The position numbers and the translations under genes were made by a program. A DNA stretch of 64,000 bases from Candidatus Saccharicenans sp. (GTDB lineage Bacteria; Acidobacteriota; Aminicenantia; Aminicenantales; Saccharicenantaceae), in contig JANLFU010000010.1 in NCBI GenBank assembly GCA_024653215.1, positions 19,625-83,624 on the forward strand, written 5' to 3'. The notes below the pieces were generated by a model that worked only from the letters and a program-made list of their open reading frames with translations, searched no databases and had not been told where the DNA came from. Below are positions 20,614-30,040 of this stretch, piece by piece (within the stretch, counting starts at the first letter, position 1; the number at the start of each line of letters is the position of its first letter).

Positions 20614-21933
20614 TCAGAAACGGTAGTTTATGCCGACAGCCGCATCCCAGGTGCTCCTGTTATAGGTCACCGGGTAAGCGGGGAAGGGATATACCGAATC
20701 CTGCTTCTGGTATTTCTTGTAGAAAACGTAAATGGCCCCGAGTTCCAGGCTGAGCCGGTTAGTCAGGTTCAATTTCAGGCCGCCGCCAATGGTGTCGCTG
20801 CTGAGTTCATGGTTGATATCATCCTGGTATTCGGGAGCCAGGTCAAACTGGGTTCGGAGATAACCGGCACTCAGGGTAACCAGGCGGCTCAGGTCATATT
20901 CCAGCCCGGCTCCCAGCTCGTAGCTATTCTTATTTACCAGCGCTTCAGCCCCTTCCCAGTTGGCACTCCTGTCGAAATAGTAGCTGAAAGACAGGTAGCT
21001 GCGGAAAGCGGGAGTGAAGGCATAGCGCAGACCGGCTGACAGGATGGCCGGAATGTCATTCCGGAATTTCTCGCCGTCCGGGAACATTCCGGTGTCGTCG
21101 ACGGTCGTCTTATTGGTCAGTTCCAGCTTGGTGTTGAACTCATACTTCAGGCTGAAGGCCAGAGACTCGCTGGGCGTGAAGTTCAGGCTCAGGATGGGTG
21201 TAAAGCCGGTGCCGGTCTGCTTGACGTCGACTTGCTTGTCAGCCACCATGGCGGCATAACCCGTCTGGCCTACGGACATGAAGAAAGCATAGGCACTGAC
21301 CCAGGTGCCATTGGGGTTGATCATGACGTTGGTGATAGACCCCTCGTACTTGTTGGTGGCGGTGATAAGGCGAGCCCCGACGCCCAGGGCCAGGCTGGGG
21401 CTCAGGGCATAGGAGAAATTGAGCTGGTAGCCCATGAAGACCGATTCCCCCTTGAAGGCGATGTCCACGTCGTAGCCCGTGGTCGGCACCCCCATGTTGG
21501 AAATTAGCACGGGCAGGGTGGAAAAAGGAATCTCGAACGACGGCAGCCCGGTCTTGAAGTCGGCTGTTCCACCACCGGCATTGGGTCCCACCCCGAAGGA
21601 AATGGCCAGGTTACCCTTCTTATAAACCGCGTACAGGTTGGGGAAAAAGGGCACCCGGACTTCTCCCAGGTAATTGGGGTCGTTGAGCAGCGGGAAACCG
21701 TTAAGGATCTTCTTGTCCTGGGTGATTATCTGGTTGTGCAGCGAGAGGTGAAAGCCGTCTGATAGCTTGACCAGGCCGGCCGGGTTGTAGTAGACGGCAT
21801 CGACGTCGAGGGAAGCGTTTCGGGACAGGAGCCGGATGAAGGTAGCACTCTGGTTGTTGTTGGTCAGGATACCGGCCGTGGCACTTGAGGCCAGGAGGGC
21901 CAGAATCCCCAGAAGACACACCGTTTTCCTCAT
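20614..21933 (-). CDS. FadL/TodX-family outer-membrane transporter for hydrophobic compounds.
   Basis: Signal peptide. N-terminal NPAGL motif. 439 aa of beta-strand periodicity, ending INYRF. Confidence 0.6.
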   Translation of the reverse strand: MRKTVCLLGILALLASSATAGILTNNNQSATFIRLLSRNASLDVDAVYYNPAGLVKLSDGFHLSLHNQIITQDKKILNGFPLLNDPNYLGEVRVPFFPNLYAVYKKGNLAISFGVGPNAGGGTADFKTGLPSFEIPFSTLPVLISNMGVPTTGYDVDIAFKGESVFMGYQLNFSYALSPSLALGVGARLITATNKYEGSITNVMINPNGTWVSAYAFFMSVGQTGYAAMVADKQVDVKQTGTGFTPILSLNFTPSESLAFSLKYEFNTKLELTNKTTVDDTGMFPDGEKFRNDIPAILSAGLRYAFTPAFRSYLSFSYYFDRSANWEGAEALVNKNSYELGAGLEYDLSRLVTLSAGYLRTQFDLAPEYQDDINHELSSDTIGGGLKLNLTNRLSLELGAIYVFYKKYQKQDSVYPFPAYPVTYNRSTWDAAVGINYRF

Positions 21934-22573
21934 TCTTAACCTCCTTTGAGATGTGCTGAATATTATTCGAATTTTTGAATTAATTGCAACTGGTTTTTTT
22001 AGCCCGGCAGGCCGGGTTCAGATACGGAAAACTTCAGGTGTTTAAAGCAGACAGGCGGGGTATTCCTGGCCCGTACAGAGGCCGGGCTGGATGACAGGAC
22101 ATGATTGTTCCTTTATTAGGATAATCCAGGCGAAACCCGAGAGAGTGCCCTTACAGGCCAGAGGCACGATTCAAATCCCACTCCAACCATCCGGAAACGA
22201 TCTCCTGCCCCGGCCAGTTCTTTAATTCTTAATTTTTTCTATTAAGTTTTCTTGTAAGCCTGCTCGTCTTTTACTTGACAGGGATAGACCAAAAGTTTAA
22301 TTTAGAAGCATAGCGGGAGGCCAATACAGAGAAACCGGGGATGGGTAAGTATTGCTTTTTGAAGCCGTGTCCTGTCCTGCACGGGAAGAATTCCGCATCC
22401 AATGGCCCGAATCCATGCATCCCGGCAATCCCTTGTATTTTTATCGGAATAGTAGGATAATGGAAGAGTCATGACAGCCGACAGGATTGACCGGCGACCT
22501 GAGATAAACACCAGGCCCGGTTTTCATAACCGGATTAGACCTGACTCAATAGTAACCAAAAAGGAGGCTTGAT

Positions 22574-22813
22574 ATGTCCGAACTTACACCAGATGTCACC
22601 CTCGATAACAGCGGGCTGGCCTGTCCCATGCCAATCATCAAGACCAAGAAGGCCATCGACGGGATGCAAGTCGGCCAGGTGCTGAAGATGATCGCCACCG
22701 ACCCCGGTTCCATCCCCGATGTCCAGGCCTGGGTCAGCAAGACCGGTCATGAACTTCTGAAGCATGAAACCGAGGGCAACAGGTTCATCTTCTACATCCG
22801 CAAGACAAAATAA
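22574..22813 (+). CDS. tusA: TusA-family sulfur carrier protein.
   Basis: LDNSGLACPMPIIKTKKAI contains the CPxP active-site cysteine motif of TusA/SirA. 79 aa. GGAGG RBS. Confidence 0.85.
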   Translation: MSELTPDVTLDNSGLACPMPIIKTKKAIDGMQVGQVLKMIATDPGSIPDVQAWVSKTGHELLKHETEGNRFIFYIRKTK

Positions 22814-23056
22814 CAGCCGTCAGGGAAGACCTGTCTTCCCCGGCCCTTAGCATAAAAGCCCCGGGCTGAAGGAGAGCTAAGAGTGGTGGGACTCAAGCGG
22901 GAGGCTTTTTTCGGAAAGCCGGTTAATCCCTCTCTGCCGGGAATATTTTTCAATCCGAACTATCCCACACGATACTTACCCCTTACCACCACAAACCATT
23001 TCAGCCACCCGTCTCGGAATTTAAGTCAAGCTAACTTCAAAAAAGGAGGATAAATA

Positions 23057-23530
23057 ATGCCTGAAGGAAAAAAGAGACTGGCCATCATCTGCCTGCACGG
23101 CAGTCTTGACGTGGCCTTTGCCACCTTCGTCCTGGCCACGGCCGGGGCCGCCATGGAAATGGAGACCGCCGTTTATTTTGCCTTCTACGGGCTGGAAGTC
23201 CTCAAGAAGGGGAAAATCAACAAGCTCAAGGTTTCACCGCTGGCCAACCCGGCCATGCCGGTGAAAATTCCCAACATCATTGCCATGCTGCCCGGGATGA
23301 CCGCCGCGGCCACGGCCATGATGAAATCCTGGATGAAAAAATCCAAGGTGGCCACCCTGGGCGAACTGCTGGACACGGCCCGGGAACTGGGCGTCAGGCT
23401 TATTGCCTGCCAGATGAGCATGGACGTCATGGGGATCAAGAAGGAAGACCTCATAGACCGGGTTGAAATCGGCGGGGCGGCTACCTTCCTGGAATTTGCC
23501 AGCCAGGATGCCATCACCCTGACCTTTTAG
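23057..23530 (+). CDS. DsrE/DsrF-family sulfur-transfer protein (DsrE-like 1).
   Basis: DsrE/DsrF fold signature (LAIICLHGSLD..., conserved Cys in IACQMS). AGGAGG RBS. Confidence 0.7.
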   Translation: MPEGKKRLAIICLHGSLDVAFATFVLATAGAAMEMETAVYFAFYGLEVLKKGKINKLKVSPLANPAMPVKIPNIIAMLPGMTAAATAMMKSWMKKSKVATLGELLDTARELGVRLIACQMSMDVMGIKKEDLIDRVEIGGAATFLEFASQDAITLTF

Positions 23531-23539
23531 GAGGAAGCC

Positions 23540-23908
23540 ATGGCCGACGATAAAATCCTGATCATCATGACCAGTGGCCCGGACACACCCCGGCGCTGTG
23601 CCACACCCTTTTTCTTTGCCACTCTGGCCACCGCTATGGATTATGATGTCACCATGTTCTTCACCATTGACGGAACCCTGCTGCTCAAGAAAGGTCTGGC
23701 CGATACAGTTTTCCCCAAGGAAGGAGGCAAATCGGTCGGCGAATTCCTGAAAGAGGCCATGGACTCCGGGGTCAAGATGACCGCCTGCACCGCTTCCCTC
23801 GAACTTCACGGCCTGAGCCCGGAAGACCTGATTCCCGAGGTCAAGATGGTCGGTGGAGCTTCCATGTGGCAGATGGCCGAGGAAAGTAAGACTGTCTTAA
23901 CTTTCTGA
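23540..23908 (+). CDS. DsrE/DsrF-family sulfur-transfer protein (DsrE-like 2).
   Basis: ILIIMTSGPDTPRRCATPFFFA with a conserved cysteine. The 9-nt spacing from the previous gene indicates translational coupling. Confidence 0.7.
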   Translation: MADDKILIIMTSGPDTPRRCATPFFFATLATAMDYDVTMFFTIDGTLLLKKGLADTVFPKEGGKSVGEFLKEAMDSGVKMTACTASLELHGLSPEDLIPEVKMVGGASMWQMAEESKTVLTF

Positions 23909-23930
23909 GCGAATCAAAAAGGAGGAAACC

Positions 23931-24377
23931 ATGGCCATAATTCGCGGCTGTAACCTTCCCGAAGACCTCTACTATTACCCGGAAAAGCACCTGTGGCTAA
24001 AGCCGCTCGGTGGAAACCTCTTCCGTATCGGACTGACCCCCATCGCCGGAAAACTGGCCGGCGGTAAACTTAACGCAGTAACCATCAGGTCCAAGAACAT
24101 CGGCCAGGAAGTCCAGCATGGGAAAAGCCTGGCCACCCTGGAGAGCAGCAAGTACGTGGGTCCGGTGCCGGCTCCCATTACCGGCATCGTCAAGTCTGGA
24201 AACGACAGGCTGGCCGCCGACCCCAACCTGGTCATCAGCGACCCTTACGGCGAAGGCTGGGTGGCCGAGATCGAAGCCACGAAGTGGGACCAGGAAAAAG
24301 CTGCCCTGCTGACCGGGGCTGAAGGCCTGGCCGAATACGAAAAGAAACTGGCAGCGGCCGGGATCTCCTGCGGGTGA
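23931..24377 (+). CDS. GcvH-like lipoate-binding protein (LbpA-type) that is not part of a glycine cleavage operon.
   Basis: YYYPEKHLWLK matches the GcvH EHEWV motif, and TLESSKYVGPVPAPITGIV matches the lipoyl-lysine motif ESVKAxxDxYxPxxGxV. No gcvT/P is nearby. Confidence 0.75.
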   Translation: MAIIRGCNLPEDLYYYPEKHLWLKPLGGNLFRIGLTPIAGKLAGGKLNAVTIRSKNIGQEVQHGKSLATLESSKYVGPVPAPITGIVKSGNDRLAADPNLVISDPYGEGWVAEIEATKWDQEKAALLTGAEGLAEYEKKLAAAGISCG

Positions 24378-24456
24378 TATTTTTTGGGTGCGCTGGAAGA
24401 TTAAAAATTAAAGTTTATAAATCGCGAAAAAATAATTCCTTCGCCAAGGAGGGCAA

Positions 24457-25608
24457 ATGAAGGAAAAAACGATTTATGAGCACTTGAGGGAAAAGGGGCT
24501 CTCCCGGCGGGACTTCATGAAACTCTGCGGCACCATTGCCGGTATGATGGGCCTGGAGTTCGTACCGCCGGTCAAAGCCCTGGGCAAAACACTCGGACCG
24601 AGCCCGGAAGAAGTGGTGGCTCAGGCCCTTAAGACCAAGCCGAAAGTTCCCATCATCTGGCTGGAGTTCCAGGACTGCGCCGGGTGCAGCGAAGCCATCT
24701 CCCGCTCCAGCTCTCCCCTTCTCAGCAACCTGGTCCTAAATGACATTGCCATCGAGTACCACGAAACCCTGATGGCTGCGGCCGGCTTCCAGGCCGAGAA
24801 GGCCAAGGAAGAATGCATGAAGAAATACTTCGGGAAATACGTGCTGGTGGTTGAGGGCAGCCCTACCCTGGCCGATGACGGCATCTACTGCACCGTGGCC
24901 GGAAAAAGTAACCTGGACCTGCTAAAGGAAGCTGCAGCCGGGGCTGCTGCCGTCATCGCCACCGGAAACTGCGCCTGCTTTGGCGGAATCCCGGCAGCCC
25001 ATCCCAACCCGACCAGGGCCGTCGGCGTGGCCGACCTCATCAAAGACAAACCCGTGGTCAACATACCGGGCTGCCCGGCCATTCCTGAAGTTACCACCGG
25101 AACCATACTCCATTTCCTCATCCTGGGCCAGTTGCCTGAGACTGACCAGCTGAAAAGGCCTTTGCCCTTCTATGGCCACACGGTTCACGACCACTGCCTG
25201 CGCCGGCCATTCTACGAAGCCGGAAAATTCGCCGGAAGCTTCGACGACGAAGGAGCCAGGAAAGGCTATTGTCTTTACCGACTCGGTTGCAAGGGCCCGA
25301 CCACTTACAATGCTTGCGCCGGCCTGAAGTGGGAACGCGGCCTTTCCTATCCCGTTCAATCCGGCCACCCCTGCCTCGGCTGTTCCGAGCCTCATTTCTG
25401 GGATGGCGGCGGCTTCTACCAGGGTCAGTCGGCTCCAATCGTACGGCTTGATAAAAGTTCCACGGCCACCCTGGTCGGAGTCGGCGTGGCGGCCGGGGCC
25501 GCCCTGGCTGGCCTCAACGCTGTCAAGAAGAGCCGGGCCAAAAAGGATCTGAAAAAAGATCAGTCTCAGGCCGCCGGGTCTGATCCCGGGTCAAAGAAGG
25601 AGGGCTGA
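24457..25608 (+). CDS. hynS: [NiFe] hydrogenase small subunit, TAT-exported, with a C-terminal membrane anchor.
   Basis: Twin-arginine signal SRRDFMKLCG. Fe-S cysteine clusters (CAGCSEA, GNCAC, CPAIPE, GCKGPTTYNACA, CLGCSEP). A C-terminal hydrophobic helix. Confidence 0.9.
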   Translation: MKEKTIYEHLREKGLSRRDFMKLCGTIAGMMGLEFVPPVKALGKTLGPSPEEVVAQALKTKPKVPIIWLEFQDCAGCSEAISRSSSPLLSNLVLNDIAIEYHETLMAAAGFQAEKAKEECMKKYFGKYVLVVEGSPTLADDGIYCTVAGKSNLDLLKEAAAGAAAVIATGNCACFGGIPAAHPNPTRAVGVADLIKDKPVVNIPGCPAIPEVTTGTILHFLILGQLPETDQLKRPLPFYGHTVHDHCLRRPFYEAGKFAGSFDDEGARKGYCLYRLGCKGPTTYNACAGLKWERGLSYPVQSGHPCLGCSEPHFWDGGGFYQGQSAPIVRLDKSSTATLVGVGVAAGAALAGLNAVKKSRAKKDLKKDQSQAAGSDPGSKKEG

Positions 25609-25609
25609 G

Positions 25610-26287
25610 ATGAACTGGACGAATATCTTGAATTTCAGCCGCGGGCCACTGCTTCATGTGGCCATGATAATTTTCGTGGCCGGCCTGAGCTACCGGCTGG
25701 TCCGGGTTCTTTTGCTCGGCTGGGCGAGAGACAGGGCTAAGAACAAGGGCAGCAAGCTCTGGGGGGTAATCGTCAATTACCTGAAGGGCCTTTTCGTCCT
25801 GCCGTTTATTCCCTGGGTCAGGCGCACCTTCCGCCACAACGAGCTGACCTTTATCGCCGGCGGGCTGTTCCACCTCAGCCTGTTCCTGGTCCTGGTTTTC
25901 GGCACGGCCCATATTTTAGTCTGGAAGAGCCTCTGGGGTTTCGGCTGGAAGGGCCTGCCAACGCCCATCCTGGCTTTCTTCTCGGCCGCGGGCATAATTT
26001 CCATGATTGTCCTGCTGATAAACCGGCTCACCCACCCGGTGTTAAAAATGCTGACCAGGTTCCCGGTCTGGATAAACTGGCTGGTGGTTTTCCTGCCGAT
26101 GATAACCGGCTTCATCATGGCCAGGCACCTGTGGTTCAGGTACGAGGTGATTTTCAGCCTGCACCTGATTTCGGTCAGCCTGCTTCTAATCTGGGTTCCC
26201 TTCGGCCGCATCTCCCACTTCCTGTTTTACTTCTTTTCCAAGACCATCCACGGAGCCCAGGCTGGTAAGCGCGCGGTAACGCCCTGA
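25610..26287 (+). CDS. isp1: Isp1-like di-haem cytochrome b membrane subunit (NarI/DsrM-like).
   Basis: 225 aa with 5-6 TM helices and conserved His in the helices. Its position between hynS and an HdrD-like gene matches the Isp-type hydrogenase architecture. Confidence 0.65.
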   Translation: MNWTNILNFSRGPLLHVAMIIFVAGLSYRLVRVLLLGWARDRAKNKGSKLWGVIVNYLKGLFVLPFIPWVRRTFRHNELTFIAGGLFHLSLFLVLVFGTAHILVWKSLWGFGWKGLPTPILAFFSAAGIISMIVLLINRLTHPVLKMLTRFPVWINWLVVFLPMITGFIMARHLWFRYEVIFSLHLISVSLLLIWVPFGRISHFLFYFFSKTIHGAQAGKRAVTP

Positions 26288-26301
26288 AAAGGAGGCAAGC
26301 C

Positions 26302-27567
26302 ATGAAAAGCCAGAAAACGCAATCAGCCATAAACACCTACCTTAAGGAGACAGGTGGCTGGGTGGCCAGTCAGCTTGAGGCCTGTACCCGCTGCGGCATC
26401 TGCGCCGAAGCCTGCCATTTCTACCAGGCCCTGGGCAATCCAGAATATGCTCCCATCTGGAAGCTGGAGCCGCTGCGCCGGGCCTATGAGCAGCGCTTCA
26501 CGGTGGCCGGCAAGCTGAAATTAGCCCTTGGCCTGGAGAAAAAGCTCGCCGACTCCGACCTGGAACACTGGAGCAAAATCGTCTACGAGGCCTGCACCGT
26601 CTGCAACAAGTGCGCCCATGTCTGCCCGATGGGCATCCAACTCGGGCCACTGATTCACGGGGTCAGAGCCGGGATGGCTGCGGCCGGAGTGGTGCCCGCG
26701 GACCTGGCCGAAGCCACGGAGAAGCAGAAAACCGTCGGCAGCCCGCTGGGGGTTACCGACGAAATGTGGCGGGAAAGAATCGACTGGATCACCGACGAAT
26801 GGGAAGCTCAAATACCAGTTGATAAGGCCGGGGCCGAGAGCCTGGTAGTTTTCACCTCAATTGAGCTTATGAAATTTCCGGATAACCTGGCCGCGGTGGC
26901 CAGGATTCTCAACAGGGCCGGAGAAAACTGGACGGTGAGCTCAACCGGCCGGGAAGTGGTTAACTTCGGCTACTTTGAAGCCGACGAGGAGCTGACCAGG
27001 CTTTTCATGTACCGGGTCTTCAAGGCGGCCGAGGAGCTGGGCGTCAAGCGGATCATCATCAGCGAATGCGGTCACGCCTACGACGCTTTTCGCTGGGCAG
27101 CACCCAACATGATGAAAGTTCCAAAGGGAGTGGAAATCGCCCACATCAGCGAGTACATCCACCAGCTCTGGAAGACCGGCCGGATCAAGCTCAAAGAAGG
27201 AGCCTTTGACGGGGAGACCATCACCTTCCACGACTCCTGCAAAATTCAGCGCCGCGGTGGCATCATCAAGCAGCCGCGGGAGCTGCTCAGGGTACTGGCT
27301 CCCAGGAGTTTCAAAGAAATGACGCCCAACAAGGAGCAGTCCCTGTGCTGCGGCGGCGGGGGCGGTGTCATCTCCATCAAGGAAGCCGACGCCAACCGCT
27401 ATGCCGTCTTCGAGATGAAAATTGAGCAGCTCCAGGAAGTCCAGGCCAGGGCCGTCTGCATGGTCTGCAGCAACTGCCGTTTGCAGTTCGTGGACAGCGT
27501 GGGGCATTTCAACCTGCCGGTAAAAGTCCACGGCCTGGCCGAGCTGGTTTCCAAGGCCCTGGTTTAA
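26302..27567 (+). CDS. isp2: Isp2-like HdrD/DsrK/GlpC-family Fe-S protein with a CCG domain.
   Basis: Two ferredoxin-like CxxCxxCxxxCP motifs (CTRCGICAEACHF; CTVCNKCAHVCPMG), plus CCG-domain cysteines (SCKIQ...CCGGGGG; CMVCSNC). Confidence 0.75.
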   Translation: MKSQKTQSAINTYLKETGGWVASQLEACTRCGICAEACHFYQALGNPEYAPIWKLEPLRRAYEQRFTVAGKLKLALGLEKKLADSDLEHWSKIVYEACTVCNKCAHVCPMGIQLGPLIHGVRAGMAAAGVVPADLAEATEKQKTVGSPLGVTDEMWRERIDWITDEWEAQIPVDKAGAESLVVFTSIELMKFPDNLAAVARILNRAGENWTVSSTGREVVNFGYFEADEELTRLFMYRVFKAAEELGVKRIIISECGHAYDAFRWAAPNMMKVPKGVEIAHISEYIHQLWKTGRIKLKEGAFDGETITFHDSCKIQRRGGIIKQPRELLRVLAPRSFKEMTPNKEQSLCCGGGGGVISIKEADANRYAVFEMKIEQLQEVQARAVCMVCSNCRLQFVDSVGHFNLPVKVHGLAELVSKALV

Positions 27568-27582
27568 GGAAAGGAGGGGAAA

Positions 27583-27903
27583 ATGGCATCCTTTAATCTT
27601 ACCCCGGTGGAAAAAGGAATCCTCAGGTGCCGTCACACCGGCCCCTTTACCCCTGAGGACATTCAATCCCTGACGGTTTTCTTCAGGGAATACCACGGCA
27701 AGCTGCTGATAGACCTCAGCGGAACTGACCCGTCCGAATGCCTGCGGCACATCAGGCACATGAGGCCGATCATGCCAACCGCGGCCATTTTCGGGGCCGA
27801 AATAGACCCCAAAATTCTGGAGATAGACCGCAGTTACTACGCCAACGAGGTGCGCTGGTTCCGGACCGAAAAAGAAGCCCTGGAATGGCTTCGCAACCAG
27901 TAA
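27583..27903 (+). CDS. Hypothetical 106-aa protein inserted between isp2 and hynL.
   Basis: Strong RBS (GGAGGGG) and tight spacing in the operon. No recognisable family. Confidence 0.5.
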   Translation: MASFNLTPVEKGILRCRHTGPFTPEDIQSLTVFFREYHGKLLIDLSGTDPSECLRHIRHMRPIMPTAAIFGAEIDPKILEIDRSYYANEVRWFRTEKEALEWLRNQ

Positions 27904-27918
27904 TGGGAGGAGGACAAA

Positions 27919-29658
27919 ATGGCTAATCGAATCGTCATCGATCCTATAACCAGGATAGAAGGTCACTTAAGGATTGAAGCCGCGATCGATGGGAACAACA
28001 CCATCACCGAGGCCTACTCGGCTGGAACCATGGTTCGCGGCATCGAAAACATCCTGAAGAAGCGCGACCCGCGCGATGCCTGGGCCTTTGCCCAGAGAAT
28101 CTGCGGGGTTTGCACCACGGTCCATGCCATTGCCTCCATCCGGGCGGTAGAAGACGCGCTAGGCATAAACATTCCTAAAGCAGCCAACCTGATGCGAAAC
28201 ATGATCATCGCCCAGCAGTACATCCATGACCACGTGATGCATTTCTACATCCTGCACGCCCTGGATTTCGTGGACGTGGTCAGTGCCCTGAAAGCTGACC
28301 CGAAGAAAACCTCGGACATCCAGCAGAGCATCTCCGGCTGGCCCAAATCCTCCCCGGCCTACTTTGCCGAGGTCCAGAAAAAGGTTCAGGCCATCGTCGA
28401 TAGCGGCCAGCTATCGCTTTTCAGCAATGGCTACTGGGGGCACCCGGCCTACAAGCTCCCGCCGGAAATCAACCTGCTGGGCGTGGCTCACTACCTGGAG
28501 TGCCTGGACTGGCAGTCACAGGTGACCAAGATCCACACCATCTTCGGCGGCAAGAACCCGCATCCCAACTTCGTGGTGGGAGGGGTGCCGCTACCCATTG
28601 ACATGAACTCGGACCAGGCCCTGAACGCCGAGAAGCTGGCGGTGATAGCCGATTCCATCAAGAGGATGAACGACTTCGTTGACCAGGTTTACCTGCCGGA
28701 CCTGCTGGCCGTGGCTCCCTATTACCTGGAATATGCGGCGGTCGGCGAAGGGTTGGGTAATTTCCTGGCCTGGGGGGAATTTCCTGAAGGGCAGCTCAAC
28801 GAAATTGATAAGCTGATTTTCCCCAGGGGTGTCATCGTCAACCGTGACCTGAAGAACGTTATCGTGCCCGACCCGAGAGATGCGGCCAGGATGAAAGAAT
28901 TCATCACCCATAGCTGGTATAAGTACAGCCAGGGCGACGAAACGGGCCTGTTTCCCTGGGAAGGCGAAACAGTCTTTAATTACACGGGTCCAAGACCGCC
29001 TTACGAATACCTCAACGTCGAGGGCAAGTATTCCTGGTTGAAATCACCCCGCTGGAACGAGCTGCCGATGGAAGTCGGCCCCCTGGCCCGGGTGCTGATT
29101 CTTTATGCCACGGGGCACAAGGAGACGGTTGCCCTGGTCAACGCCGTTCTGGAAAAGCTCAGGGCTCCGGTCAGCGCCGTGTTTTCGACGCTCGGACGGA
29201 CGGCGGCCAGGGCCATTGAGACCAAGGTCATCGCCGGGCTGCTTCAGAAGTTCTATGACGAGCTGGTGGCCGAGATTAAAGCCGGAAACACCGACACCTT
29301 CAACGACGAAAAATGGGAGCCCCGGACCTGGCCGAAGAAGGCGCTCGGTTTCGGCTATACCGAGGCGCCGCGCGGAGCCCTGGGGCACTGGGTGGTGATA
29401 GAGAACAGGAAAATCAAGAATTACCAGATAGTGGTGCCGACCACCTGGAATGCTTCGCCCCGCGACCACAGGAACCAGGCCGGCGCCTATGAGGCTTCGC
29501 TGGTCGGAACTAGGCTGGCCAACCCCGAACAGCCGCTGGAGATTCTACGGACGCTTCATTCCTTCGACCCGTGCCTGGCCTGCGCCGTGCACCTGGTCGA
29601 CACCAGCGGGAAGAAGGTCGGAGAAGCGGCCACCGGCTTTAACCTGGTTGTCCGCTGA
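27919..29658 (+). CDS. hynL: [NiFe] hydrogenase large subunit.
   Basis: N-terminal RIEGH and RICGVC (CxxC) motifs. C-terminal DPCLACAVH (DPCxxCxxH), followed by a 21-aa extension that is the expected substrate of the maturation endopeptidase. Confidence 0.92.
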   Translation: MANRIVIDPITRIEGHLRIEAAIDGNNTITEAYSAGTMVRGIENILKKRDPRDAWAFAQRICGVCTTVHAIASIRAVEDALGINIPKAANLMRNMIIAQQYIHDHVMHFYILHALDFVDVVSALKADPKKTSDIQQSISGWPKSSPAYFAEVQKKVQAIVDSGQLSLFSNGYWGHPAYKLPPEINLLGVAHYLECLDWQSQVTKIHTIFGGKNPHPNFVVGGVPLPIDMNSDQALNAEKLAVIADSIKRMNDFVDQVYLPDLLAVAPYYLEYAAVGEGLGNFLAWGEFPEGQLNEIDKLIFPRGVIVNRDLKNVIVPDPRDAARMKEFITHSWYKYSQGDETGLFPWEGETVFNYTGPRPPYEYLNVEGKYSWLKSPRWNELPMEVGPLARVLILYATGHKETVALVNAVLEKLRAPVSAVFSTLGRTAARAIETKVIAGLLQKFYDELVAEIKAGNTDTFNDEKWEPRTWPKKALGFGYTEAPRGALGHWVVIENRKIKNYQIVVPTTWNASPRDHRNQAGAYEASLVGTRLANPEQPLEILRTLHSFDPCLACAVHLVDTSGKKVGEAATGFNLVVR

Positions 29659-30020
29659 AGCTGCACACAATCTAGGTTTAAGAAGTGATTGGACGGCCAA
29701 GAGCTTGAAACGCCGGGACTGGCCCGTTAACCAGGTGAATCATAATTCCGGAGGAGTAAGAGCACAGACCGGGCACTGGCAACGGCAGATGATAGAAACG
29801 TTTGAAAAATTGAAGATATCTAACCGAAAAAGAACAAACGGCCCGGTTGGGGTTCCAGCCCTTCAGGGACAAGACGCTGTTCAGAAAACCGCCTTATTCC
29901 AGGACGGCCACAAATGGCAGGTAGCTGCTAACCTGGGTAAAACTGGCGTGCGGTCAGCTGTCCGGACCAGAAAGAAGCGGCAGTCACAACGTGTCGTCAT
30001 GGGGACGAAACCTATTAGAT

Positions 30021-30040
30021 ATATGAATGGTTATTCATAT
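30021..30040. promoter_or_regulatory. Perfect palindrome ATATGAA-N6-TTCATAT in the hynL-hynD intergenic gap; candidate transcription-factor operator.
   Basis: 7-bp inverted repeat with a 6-bp spacer, 38 nt upstream of the hynD start. The same half-sites and spacing recur at 58481..58500. Confidence 0.45.

Noticed and set aside
22120-22200. tRNA-like TTCAAATCC motif (ggcacgattcaaatcccactcc) in the region upstream of tusA
   Set aside because: I could not build a T-arm stem (the 5 nt flanking the putative T-loop do not pair), or an acceptor stem, around it. It is probably chance similarity.
22275-22303. Sigma70-like TTGACA-17-TAATTT promoter upstream of tusA
   Set aside because: The -35 is perfect, but the -10 matches the consensus at only 3 of 6 positions, and it lies about 270 nt from the start. 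It is too weak to call as a feature without TSS data.
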